From contig JAQVVF010000001.1 of the NCBI GenBank assembly GCA_028699085.1, positions 28,333-92,332 on the forward strand: DNA of 64,000 nucleotides, in the 5' to 3' direction. The DNA comes from Patescibacteria group bacterium. Lineage in GTDB: Bacteria; Patescibacteriota; JABMPQ01; JAQVVF01. Positions within the stretch are counted from its first letter, which is position 1. Every line of letters starts with the position of its first letter. The notes beneath the pieces were generated by a model, which saw only the letters and a list, made by a program, of their open reading frames with translations, was not told the origin of the DNA and did no database searches. Of the stretch, positions 38,086 through 46,237 are shown in pieces. The position numbers and the translations under genes were made by a program.

Positions 38086-38619
38086 ATGCGTATTGCAATT
38101 TCAATAATTAGTTTAATATTGCTAGCTTTTTTACAAATCTCTTTTTTACCGAATTTTATAATTCTAGGATCAATTCCAAATTTAATTTTAATTGTTGCAA
38201 TAGCTTGGTGTATTGCTGGCAATTTTAAAGAAGCAATCTTTTGGGGAATAGCTGGGGGAATCATTCTAGATCTCTTTTCTCCTTTTTATTTTGGAATAAT
38301 ATCATTGACTAATCTTGCAGTAATCTCTTTAGTTTATTTTATTGCAAAAAATATTATTAACAGCGATGACCGGATATCTGTTGCGGCAATATGTGCCATT
38401 GCAACATTATTATATAATTTTTTTCTAATTTTTTTCATTCTAATTGCAAAATTAGTCAAGCTCGATGATTTAATCCAGCCTTTCAATTTTAGTTTTCTAC
38501 TAACTATTTTTGTTCAAATGATTTTTAATACAATAATAATTTCATTGATTTATAATTACGTAAAATCAATTCAAGAAGTAGAAAATTATTATGAACAACG
38601 CCGTCAAATCAAAGCATAA
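38086..38619 (+). CDS. mreD: Rod-shape determining protein MreD (polytopic membrane)
   Basis: 177 aa, 5-6 TM helices, located between mreC and mrdA. Confidence 0.55.
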   Translation: MRIAISIISLILLAFLQISFLPNFIILGSIPNLILIVAIAWCIAGNFKEAIFWGIAGGIILDLFSPFYFGIISLTNLAVISLVYFIAKNIINSDDRISVAAICAIATLLYNFFLIFFILIAKLVKLDDLIQPFNFSFLLTIFVQMIFNTIIISLIYNYVKSIQEVENYYEQRRQIKA

Positions 38620-38630
38620 TTTTGCATTTT

Positions 38631-38657
38631 CCTGCCTGCCGGCAGGCAGGGATTTTT
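38631..38657 (+). terminator. Perfect palindrome CCTGCCTGCC-GGCAGGCAGG followed by a T-run
   Basis: Read directly between mreD and mrdA. It may attenuate rather than fully terminate. Confidence 0.6.
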
Positions 38658-38673
38658 AAATTTTAAATTTATT

Positions 38674-40653
38674 ATGCGCGACCCTTTTGAAATAAAAAAC
38701 TCATTAAATTTTGATAGCCACTCTACCGGCTCGGACTATGGATCAGATTGGGACGTCGATCCTTTTTTTTCCTCTAAAAGCTCGCGTCCTGATATCAAAA
38801 AACCTTTTTATAAACATCAAAAAATTAGATGGCTTTATTTTGTTGTTCTTGGCGTTTTTATTGTCTTGATAAGCCGCACATTTTTTTTACAAATTGTTCA
38901 GGGAGATTCACTGAAAGCTGCAGCTGAAGAAAATCGATATAGAGTTAATATTACAAGAGCGCCTCGCGGTGTCATATATGATTCAAAAAAACAATTGCTT
39001 GTTAAAAATGTTCCAAGTTTTGACGCTACAATTATTCCTGCAGATTTACCATTAGAAAGAAATACTGAAACTAGAGAAAGAGAATGTAAAAGCAAATGCG
39101 AAGATGTATTTTATTTACTGAAAACTGTCTTAAATATTTCTGATGATGATTTTAATAAAGCTATTAAAAAAATAGATTATAATTCATACGAGCCTTTGTT
39201 AATTAAAGAAAATATTTCAAGAGATGAAACGCTAATAATCAATTCAAGAGATGCAGATTTATTAGGCGTTGTAGTTGAAAAAAATCCGATTAGAGATTAT
39301 CAGTTCTCTAGTACTTTTGCGCATATGATGGGCTATATCGGAAAAATTACAGAAGAAGAATTAGAAGAAAAACAGAATGCTTCAAAAAAATATTTATTAA
39401 ATGATTATATCGGAAAACAAGGACTTGAATTATCATATGAAGAAATATTAAAAGGCATCAACGGCCAACAGCAAGTTGAAGTAGATTCTACCGGACGTGT
39501 TAAAAAAATAGTAAAGCAAGATGAACCACAAGCAGGAAATGACATTGTTTTGAGCATTAATAAAGATTTTCAAATTCAGCTAGAAAAATCACTAAAAGCA
39601 GGAGCCGAAGTTACAAGCTCTAAAAAAGCTGCCGCAGTAGCTTTAAATCCTCAAAATGGTGAAATATTAGGCTATGTTTCTCTGCCAACATATGATAATA
39701 ATCTTTTTGCAAAAGGAATTTCAGAAAAAGATTATCGCCAGATTGCTAATGATGAGAATAAGCCATTAATTGATAGAATTATAAATGGTCTGTATCCGCC
39801 AGCTTCAACAATTAAGCCAGTAGTTGCTTCGGCAGCTTTAACAGAGGGATTAATTGATCACAATACAACTGTTGATGATAAAGGATCAATTAAAGTTCCA
39901 AATAAATATAATCCAGATATTATTTATAATTTTGTTGGTTGGAATTTACAAGGCTTAGGTCCAGTAAACATTTATAGCGCAATTGCAAAATCATCAGACA
40001 TCTACTTCTATTATGTTGGCGGCGGTTTTGATGAATTTCCAGGTCTTGGCGAAAAAAAGTTAGAAGAATATTATAAAAAATTTGGTATGGGTTCTCAAAC
40101 GGGAATAGATCTTCCAAACGAATCTGAAGGCTTAATACCAAATCCAGCATGGAAAGAAAAAACAAAAAATGAAGTCTGGTATTTAGGCGATACTTATCAT
40201 ATGGCAATCGGACAAGGTGACGTTCTGTCTACCCCATTACAAGTTGCTAATTGGACCTCAATTTTTGCTAATGGCGGAACATTTTATAAACCGCACTTAG
40301 TAAAAAAGGTTATCAATAATCAGCAGAATATGATTAGTGAAACAGAGCCAAGAATTATTAGAGAAAACTTTATACCCCAAGGTCATATTGAAACAGTTAG
40401 ACAAGCAATGAAGCAAACGGTTGAAGATGGTTCTGCTAAGATGCTTCAAGGCTTAAAAGTTTCAACAGCAGGCAAGACAGGAACAGCTGAACATAGCGGT
40501 AGTGATAAAAACCATGCCTGGTTTACAGTTTTCGCTCCTTATGAAAATCCAGAGATAGTGCTTACAGTTTTAGTTGAGGAAGGCATCGGCGGAGAATCGG
40601 CTGCTGTTCCTATTGCCAAAGAAGTACTTCAGTGGTATTTTGATAATAAGTAA
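38674..40653 (+). CDS. mrdA: Penicillin-binding protein 2 (transpeptidase)
   Basis: Motifs SxxK (STIK), SxN-like (SSD) and KTGT (KTGTAE) are present. N-terminal TM anchor. Confidence 0.85.
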   Translation: MRDPFEIKNSLNFDSHSTGSDYGSDWDVDPFFSSKSSRPDIKKPFYKHQKIRWLYFVVLGVFIVLISRTFFLQIVQGDSLKAAAEENRYRVNITRAPRGVIYDSKKQLLVKNVPSFDATIIPADLPLERNTETRERECKSKCEDVFYLLKTVLNISDDDFNKAIKKIDYNSYEPLLIKENISRDETLIINSRDADLLGVVVEKNPIRDYQFSSTFAHMMGYIGKITEEELEEKQNASKKYLLNDYIGKQGLELSYEEILKGINGQQQVEVDSTGRVKKIVKQDEPQAGNDIVLSINKDFQIQLEKSLKAGAEVTSSKKAAAVALNPQNGEILGYVSLPTYDNNLFAKGISEKDYRQIANDENKPLIDRIINGLYPPASTIKPVVASAALTEGLIDHNTTVDDKGSIKVPNKYNPDIIYNFVGWNLQGLGPVNIYSAIAKSSDIYFYYVGGGFDEFPGLGEKKLEEYYKKFGMGSQTGIDLPNESEGLIPNPAWKEKTKNEVWYLGDTYHMAIGQGDVLSTPLQVANWTSIFANGGTFYKPHLVKKVINNQQNMISETEPRIIRENFIPQGHIETVRQAMKQTVEDGSAKMLQGLKVSTAGKTGTAEHSGSDKNHAWFTVFAPYENPEIVLTVLVEEGIGGESAAVPIAKEVLQWYFDNK

Positions 40654-40659
40654 CGTAGT

Positions 40660-40797
40660 AACAAGATACAAGAAACAAGATACAAACAATATTCAATACT
40701 CAAAAATCAATAACCAAATCGTCATCCGTCGAGTTTGGTAATTGATTATTCTAATTTGAAATTTGTTTGTTTCTTGTTTCTTGTTTCTTGGTTATTT
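40660..40797 (+). repeat. Copy 2 of the roughly 130-nt structured intergenic repeat
   Basis: Aligns with 4186-4320 and 49984-50113. Shared stretches are AATAACCAAAT, a CGTC-containing apex, TTTGGT, TTGAAATTTGTTTGT and CTTGTTTCTTG. Confidence 0.75.
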
Positions 40798-40802
40798 ACC
40801 AC

Positions 40803-41636
40803 ATGTTAAAAATCATAAACGGCACTCAATCTGCCAAAAAATTATTATCGCAAATCCAACGCAAAGTAACCCTGCTTAAGCAACAAGGTCGTCATTTGAA
40901 AATGGCGGTAGTTTTGGTTGGCGAAGATCTTGCTTCTCTGAGTTTTATTAGAAAAAAAGAAGAATCATGTAAAAAAATTGGCATTGCATTTGAACTCTTT
41001 AAATTTCAGGCAGACATCGATACTCTTAGTCTTTGTCAAAAAATTAAAATTATCCAAGAAGATCCTAGATTATCAGCCTTAGTTGTTCAGCTTCCTTTGC
41101 CTCCAAAAGTTAATACGCGCCAAGTTTTAGAAATGATCGATCCAAGACTCGACGTTGATTGTCTGACATCCCATAATTTAGGAAAATTAGCTTCAGGGAT
41201 TTATAAAATATTACCTCCAACTCCAGCTGCAATCTTGCATCTTATCAAGGAATATAATATTAATTTACAAAGAAAACATATTGTAATTGTCGGTAAAGGA
41301 GAATTAGTTGGAAAGCCATTGGGAATTTTGCTTACTCAAGACCAAAATACTTTAACAATTTGTACTAAATTCACTAAAAATTTAGGTAATTATACTAGAC
41401 AAGCTGATGTTTTAATTACTGCAGTCGGCAAGCCAAATTTAATAAATGCTGGCATGATTAAGGATAATATTATTATTTTAGATGCTGGAACAAGCTACAA
41501 AGGCAAGAAGCTTTGCGGTGATGTCAACTACAAACAAGTTTTAGAAAAAGTTAAAATGATTACTCCAGTTCCAGGAGGTATTGGTCCAGTCACAGTTGCC
41601 AAGTTGCTCGAAAACATTATTATTTTAAACTCTTAA
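40803..41636 (+). CDS. folD: Bifunctional methylenetetrahydrofolate dehydrogenase/cyclohydrolase
   Basis: Motifs VVLVGEDLAS, VQLPLP and VGKGELVGKPL match FolD. The start is moved to the ATG at 40803, because the 40767 start lies inside the repeat. Confidence 0.8.
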   Translation: MLKIINGTQSAKKLLSQIQRKVTLLKQQGRHLKMAVVLVGEDLASLSFIRKKEESCKKIGIAFELFKFQADIDTLSLCQKIKIIQEDPRLSALVVQLPLPPKVNTRQVLEMIDPRLDVDCLTSHNLGKLASGIYKILPPTPAAILHLIKEYNINLQRKHIVIVGKGELVGKPLGILLTQDQNTLTICTKFTKNLGNYTRQADVLITAVGKPNLINAGMIKDNIIILDAGTSYKGKKLCGDVNYKQVLEKVKMITPVPGGIGPVTVAKLLENIIILNS

Positions 41637-41722
41637 ATACAAAAAGAAAAATATAGAAATTTTTTGGAAATATCTAATATTTCAAGGTTTTTAATTATTT
41701 CATAAATTGTGGATAAGCCTAT

Positions 41723-41751
41723 TTGACAATAATTATAAACCAGCGTATATT
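41723..41751 (+). promoter_or_regulatory. sigma70 promoter TTGACA-N17-TATATT upstream of greA
   Basis: Read directly. Confidence 0.5.
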
Positions 41752-41784
41752 ACTAACATTATTATCATACATAATCATACGAAA

Positions 41785-42240
41785 ATGACACCATTTTACA
41801 TCACTAAAGAAGGTCTTGAAGAACTGAAACAACAACTAGCTACATTAAAAACTTCAAAAAGGCAAGAAATTGCCGCCCGTCTTAAGCGTGCTTTGGAACA
41901 AGGCGATTTATCTGAAAATGCAGAATATCAAGATGCCAAAGATGAACAAGCCTGGTTAGAGGGAAAAATTGCAGAGCTAGATTCTAAAATTAAAAATGCT
42001 CAAATTATCTCAAAAGATAAAAATGGTAATATTTCCATTGGCTCTCAAATCAAAATCAAGAATGGCGGAAAAGCTCTAGAATATACTATTGTTGGCTCTC
42101 AAGAAGCTAATCCAGCTGAAGGAAAAATATCCAATGAATCACCAATTGGCATGGCATTCTTAGGTCACAAAAAAGGAGAAAAAGTCAAAGTTCAGACTCC
42201 TGACGGCTTTATTGAATACAAGATTTTACAAGTTAGCTAA
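41785..42240 (+). CDS. greA: Transcription elongation factor GreA
   Basis: N-terminal coiled coil (ITKEGLEELKQQLATLK...DLSENAEYQDAK) and C-terminal FKBP-like domain. Start at the ATG at 41785. Confidence 0.85.
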   Translation: MTPFYITKEGLEELKQQLATLKTSKRQEIAARLKRALEQGDLSENAEYQDAKDEQAWLEGKIAELDSKIKNAQIISKDKNGNISIGSQIKIKNGGKALEYTIVGSQEANPAEGKISNESPIGMAFLGHKKGEKVKVQTPDGFIEYKILQVS

Positions 42241-42276
42241 TTGCAACGAAACACAAAAAACAATAAAACACTTAAA

Positions 42277-42303
42277 CAATCGCTACTAAAGTGGCGATTT
42301 TTG
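42277..42303 (+). terminator. Rho-independent terminator AATCGCTAC-TAAA-GTGGCGATT plus T5
   Basis: Read directly after greA. Confidence 0.7.
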
Positions 42304-42416
42304 TTGAACTATATTGGCTTATTTAAAGAAAAATTAAGTTAAAGTATTGACAATAATAATAAAATATGCAATACTAATATGCTAGCCGTGGGATAAAAAA
42401 GAGAGGGGAGAAAACA

Positions 42417-42593
42417 ATGCAGAACAATGCAGATCTGAGCTGGGTGAAAGAGATAAAAAACACACCTGAGGAAAAAGAGGTAAATGAACTCCTGAGGAAC
42501 GGATGGAAACTCATAGCAATCACTCCTACTACACTTTTTTGTCCGGGAATACAAGTGTGTGAAACTTACAACATTTATATTCTTGGACGTTAA
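42417..42593 (+). CDS. Small protein (58 aa), possibly DUF4177-like, with its own promoter, a strong SD (GAGGGGAG) and a terminator
   Basis: Hand-translated MQNNADLSWVKEIKNTPEEKEVNELLRNGWKLIAITPTTLFCPGIQVCETYNIYILGR. ELLRNGWKLIAITP and YILGR loosely match the DUF4177 pattern (LNE.G.EGWELV...FKR). GC-richer. Confidence 0.35.
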   Translation: MQNNADLSWVKEIKNTPEEKEVNELLRNGWKLIAITPTTLFCPGIQVCETYNIYILGR

Positions 42594-42620
42594 ATGAACC
42601 CTTTATTGTTTTTTTGCTGA

Positions 42621-42646
42621 AGAGCCAGATAACTGGTTCTTTTTTT
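42621..42646 (+). terminator. Rho-independent terminator AGAGCCAG-ATAA-CTGGTTCT plus T6
   Basis: Read directly after the small gene. Confidence 0.65.
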
Positions 42647-42725
42647 ATGGCTAAAATTTCAAAATTTTATAGCCAAAAGCATCAAAACTTGATAAAATAA
42701 TTATATTAGAAAATCTAAATAATTT

Positions 42726-42801
42726 ATCATTCTGAGCCAAAGCTTCGAATCCCATTGGTTTTTGGAAAGCATGGGATCCCTCACTTCGTTCGGGATGACA
42801 G
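42726..42801 (+). repeat. Second copy of the GC-richer hairpin element (arms ATCATTCTGAGCCAAAGCTTCGAATCCCAT and ATGGGATCCCTCACTTCGTTCGGGATGACAG), ending 9 nt before the lysS ATG
   Basis: Read directly. It is homologous to 6254-6332, upstream of tRNA-Lys. Confidence 0.7.
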
Positions 42802-42810
42802 CTTTTAATT

Positions 42811-44889
42811 ATGCAAAGTGAACTTCGCCAAAATAGAATTAAAAAATTAGAAGAAATTAAAAATTTAGGAATTAATCCTTATCCTGCCAAGGCAGAAAGG
42901 ACGAATACTTGCCAAGAAGTCATTGATAGTTTTGACAAGCTTAAAGATCAAAAAAATATTATTGTTGGTCGTATTTTTTTGTTTCGTCCATTTGGCAAAG
43001 CAACATTTGCTCAACTTGGTGATGAATCAGCTAGATTGCAAATTTATTTTAAAGAAGAAACTTTAGGCAAAGAGCAATATAATTTAGTTAAAAAATTAGA
43101 TATTGGTGACTTCATCCAAGTTAGCGGTACATTATTTTTAACTAAAACCAATGAAAAAACTTTGCAGGTTAGTGAAATAAAATTATTAACCAAATCAATT
43201 TTGCCTCTTCCAGAAAAATTTCATGGCTTAAAAAATGAAGAGGAACGTTATCGCAAAAGATATTTGGATTTGATTTCTAACAGAGAAACTTTTGAATTAT
43301 TTAAAAAAAGAACTCAATTTGTTAATTCGATCAGAAACTTTATGCAGGACTCTGGCTTCATGGAAGTTGAGACTCCAGTTTTAGAGCACATTCCAGGTGG
43401 AGCAGATGCAACTCCATTTGTCACTCATCACAATAGCTTAGACATCGATTTGTATTTGAGAATTTCACTTGAGCTTCATTTAAAAAGGTTAATTGTTGGC
43501 GGTTACGAAAAGATTTTTGAAATTGGCAAAGTTTTTCGTAATGAAGGAATTTCAACTCAACATTTGCAAGAATTCACATTATTGGAATATTATTGGGCTT
43601 ATGCAAATTGGGAGGATTTAATTGGTTTTATAGAAAATTTTTATACTAAAATAATTAATGATACTTTTGGAACATTAAAAATTAAATATAAAGACCAAGT
43701 TTTAGATTTTACAGCTCCATGGAAACAATATGATTATACAGAGCTAATCAAAGAAAAAACCGGTATTGATTTGAACAAAGCCAATACTTTTGAAAAATTA
43801 ATAGAAGAAATAAGAGCTAAAAAAATTGATGTTGAAAATGTAATTGGTTATGGCAGGTTAGTTGATAACCTTTACAAGAAAACAGTCAGACCAAGTTTAA
43901 TTCAGCCATGCTTTTTAATTAATCAGCCCGTTGCAATCTCTCCATTAGCTAAAAAGAATGAAGAAAATCAAAATACAACTCAACGCCTGCAAGTTTTAAT
44001 TGCAGGTTCAGAATTAGGCAATGGTTTTTCTGAGCTTAATGATCCATTAGATCAGCGACAGCGATTCGAAGAGCAAGCAAAATTACGCAAAGAAGGCGAT
44101 GCAGAAGCGCAAATGATGGACGAAGACTTTGTAGAAAGTCTAGAATATGGCATGCCTCCAACAGCTGGATTTGGTGTTGGTATTGATCGATTATTTGCGA
44201 TTTTAACAAATTCAGAAAATATTAGAGATGTCATCTTTTTTCCATTGATGCGTCCAGAGAAAAAATCAGAAGAAATTAAATTTAAACCTTCAAAATCTTT
44301 AGAAATTGAAGAAGTAAAAGAATTAGATTCAGTCATTGATCGCAAAACAGCTTGGGAATTATTGAAACAAAATATTAAGACTGAAAATTTAATTAAACAT
44401 TGTTTAGCATCAGAAAGCATCATGAAGGCTTTAGCTAAAAAATTAAATAAACCAGAGCAAGCTTGGGGCATTACTGGTCTTGTTCATGATTTAGATTTTG
44501 ATTATACAAAAGACAAACCAGAAAAGCATACTTTAATGACAGCCGAGATTTTGGAAGAATATGATCTGCCAGAAGACATGATTGATGCAATTAAGTCACA
44601 TAATTACGAAAATACTGGCATTACCAAAAAAACAGATTTAGATTTCGCTTTGTCAGCTTCCGAACAGCTTAGCGGTTTAATTGTTTCTGCTGCCTTAGTT
44701 TTGCCAGACAAAAAATTAGCATTTTTAAAACCAGAATCAGTTGTTAAAAAAATGAAAGAAAAATCTTTTGCCAGAAATATTAACAGGCAAGATATTCAAG
44801 ATATCGAAAAATTAGGAATTAGTTTAGATGAATTTGTTGCTCTTGCTGTCAAAGCAATGCAAGAAATTAATAATGATTTAGGATTATAA
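42811..44889 (+). CDS. lysS: Lysyl-tRNA synthetase (class II) fused to a C-terminal HD-domain phosphohydrolase (about aa 520-692)
   Basis: N-terminal anticodon-binding domain and class II core (GINPYPAKAERT...FRNEGISTQHLQEFTLLE...GMPPTAGFGVGIDRL). The C-terminus carries the HD motifs H...HD...H...H...D (KHCLASE, GLVHDLDFDY, KHTLMTAE, KSHNYE, DLDFALS). Confidence 0.85.
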   Translation: MQSELRQNRIKKLEEIKNLGINPYPAKAERTNTCQEVIDSFDKLKDQKNIIVGRIFLFRPFGKATFAQLGDESARLQIYFKEETLGKEQYNLVKKLDIGDFIQVSGTLFLTKTNEKTLQVSEIKLLTKSILPLPEKFHGLKNEEERYRKRYLDLISNRETFELFKKRTQFVNSIRNFMQDSGFMEVETPVLEHIPGGADATPFVTHHNSLDIDLYLRISLELHLKRLIVGGYEKIFEIGKVFRNEGISTQHLQEFTLLEYYWAYANWEDLIGFIENFYTKIINDTFGTLKIKYKDQVLDFTAPWKQYDYTELIKEKTGIDLNKANTFEKLIEEIRAKKIDVENVIGYGRLVDNLYKKTVRPSLIQPCFLINQPVAISPLAKKNEENQNTTQRLQVLIAGSELGNGFSELNDPLDQRQRFEEQAKLRKEGDAEAQMMDEDFVESLEYGMPPTAGFGVGIDRLFAILTNSENIRDVIFFPLMRPEKKSEEIKFKPSKSLEIEEVKELDSVIDRKTAWELLKQNIKTENLIKHCLASESIMKALAKKLNKPEQAWGITGLVHDLDFDYTKDKPEKHTLMTAEILEEYDLPEDMIDAIKSHNYENTGITKKTDLDFALSASEQLSGLIVSAALVLPDKKLAFLKPESVVKKMKEKSFARNINRQDIQDIEKLGISLDEFVALAVKAMQEINNDLGL

Positions 44890-44919
44890 AATTTGAACCT
44901 TAAACAAGGAGAGAAAAAC

Positions 44920-45504
44920 ATGAACCAACTCCTTATCGCCACACATAATCCAGGTAAATTGAATGATTACAGAATCCTTCTAGCAAATTCAGGACTTGCT
45001 TTAGTTAGCTTGACTGATCTAGGAATTACGACTGAGCCAGAAGAAACTGGCAAGACTTTCCTAGAGAATGCAGAACTAAAGGCGAGATACTATTTCGAAC
45101 TATCAAAAATTCCTACTTTAGCTGAAGACGGTGGTCTTGAGATTGATTATTTGAATGGTGAACCAGGAGTAAGATCAAGAAGATGGCCAGGCTATGAAGC
45201 TACTGATGAAGAGCTAATTGCATTTGCGTTGCATAAAATGGCTGGGGTTCCTGATGAACAAAGAACATGCAACATGACAGCAGCCGCAGTATATTTCGAT
45301 GGAAAAAATATGAAAACAGGGCAGGGATTTACGAAGGGCATATTGACGCAACAGGCTGATTCAAAAATAGAAAAAGGATTTCCATACAGATCAATATTTT
45401 GGTCAACAAAATTTGGAAAATTAGCTGTTCATCTTTCAGATAAAGAAAAAAAACAGCTCCACCATCGCAAAGAAGCATTACAACAATTAGGCTTAATTAA
45501 ATGA
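44920..45504 (+). CDS. rdgB: Non-canonical purine NTP pyrophosphatase (RdgB/HAM1 family)
   Basis: LLIATHNPGKLNDY and the SRRW motif are present. GC-richer, with SD AAGGAGAG. Start at the ATG at 44920. Confidence 0.8.
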   Translation: MNQLLIATHNPGKLNDYRILLANSGLALVSLTDLGITTEPEETGKTFLENAELKARYYFELSKIPTLAEDGGLEIDYLNGEPGVRSRRWPGYEATDEELIAFALHKMAGVPDEQRTCNMTAAAVYFDGKNMKTGQGFTKGILTQQADSKIEKGFPYRSIFWSTKFGKLAVHLSDKEKKQLHHRKEALQQLGLIK

Positions 45505-45908
45505 AAAAAGTTCTCATCTTCGGCGCGTTTGATCTTTTGCACCCAGGCCATCTTGATTTTTTTAAACAAGCTAAAAAATTAGGGGATAGTCTAACTGTTA
45601 TAGTTGCACGTGATCAAACAGTTAGCGCCATCAAAAAACATCGCACATTGTTTAACGAGCAAGAAAGATTGGCTAATGTTAAAAATCAAAAGATAGTTAA
45701 TGAAGCAAGATTAGGCAATTTAGATGACCCGTACAAGATAGTGAAGCAGGAAAAGCCAGATATTATTGCTTTAGGCTATGATCAAAATTCATACACCGAA
45801 GAATTAGAAGACAAAATCAAAGAATTTGGTTTTAAAACAAAAGTTGTCAGACTGAAACCATTCAAGCCAGAAAAATATAAATCATCAAAGCTAAAGCTTA
45901 ATTTATGA
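45501..45908 (+). CDS. Cytidylyl/adenylyltransferase-family protein (RibL/TagD-like nucleotidyltransferase)
   Basis: IFGAFDLLHPGHLDF matches the (H/T)xGH nucleotidyltransferase signature. 135 aa. Overlaps rdgB by 4 nt. Confidence 0.6.
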   Translation: MKKVLIFGAFDLLHPGHLDFFKQAKKLGDSLTVIVARDQTVSAIKKHRTLFNEQERLANVKNQKIVNEARLGNLDDPYKIVKQEKPDIIALGYDQNSYTEELEDKIKEFGFKTKVVRLKPFKPEKYKSSKLKLNL

Positions 45909-46222
45909 CCATGTTTTATGATATTCACACAACTTGCAAAAATGTAGCTGAAGCCAGAAAAATTGGCAAGAATTTAGTCGAGCAAAAAATAGCAATTTGT
46001 GTTAATATAATAGAAAAGGTTAATTCAATTTATTGGTGGGGGGGAAAGATTGTTGATGAAGATGAATCATTGTTATCATTAAAAACAAAAAAAGAAAAAG
46101 TTAATCAGGCAATCAAATTAATTACCAAAATGCATAGTTATAAATTGCCAGGCATTTCTGTTTACAAAATAGACAAAACAACACCAGGCATTGAAAAATG
46201 GATCAATGAAACATTAAAATAA
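45905..46222 (+). CDS. cutA: Divalent-cation tolerance protein CutA
   Basis: 105 aa, CutA1-like (AICVNIIEKVNSIYWWGGKIVDEDESLL). Confidence 0.7.
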   Translation: MTMFYDIHTTCKNVAEARKIGKNLVEQKIAICVNIIEKVNSIYWWGGKIVDEDESLLSLKTKKEKVNQAIKLITKMHSYKLPGISVYKIDKTTPGIEKWINETLK

Positions 46223-46237
46223 TTAATTTATAAAAAA

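Noticed and set aside
40767-40802. Upstream start of folD (MFLVSCFLVIYH...)
   Set aside because: The extension is translated from the repeated intergenic element (TTTGTTTCTTG...). The conserved FolD N-terminus begins at the ATG at 40803.
42339-42554. 71-aa minus-strand ORF antisense to the small-protein cassette
   Set aside because: No SD or promoter. It sits opposite a plus-strand gene that has a promoter, SD and terminator, and its hydrophobic low-complexity translation is typical of antisense artefacts.
42726-42810. T-box leader or L-box lysine riboswitch upstream of lysS
   Set aside because: No T-box consensus (AATTAGGGTGGNACCGCG-like) or specifier-loop organisation was seen, and at roughly 80 nt it is far shorter than an L-box (about 180 nt, five-helix junction). 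It is kept as an unclassified element, with the same motif upstream of tRNA-Lys.
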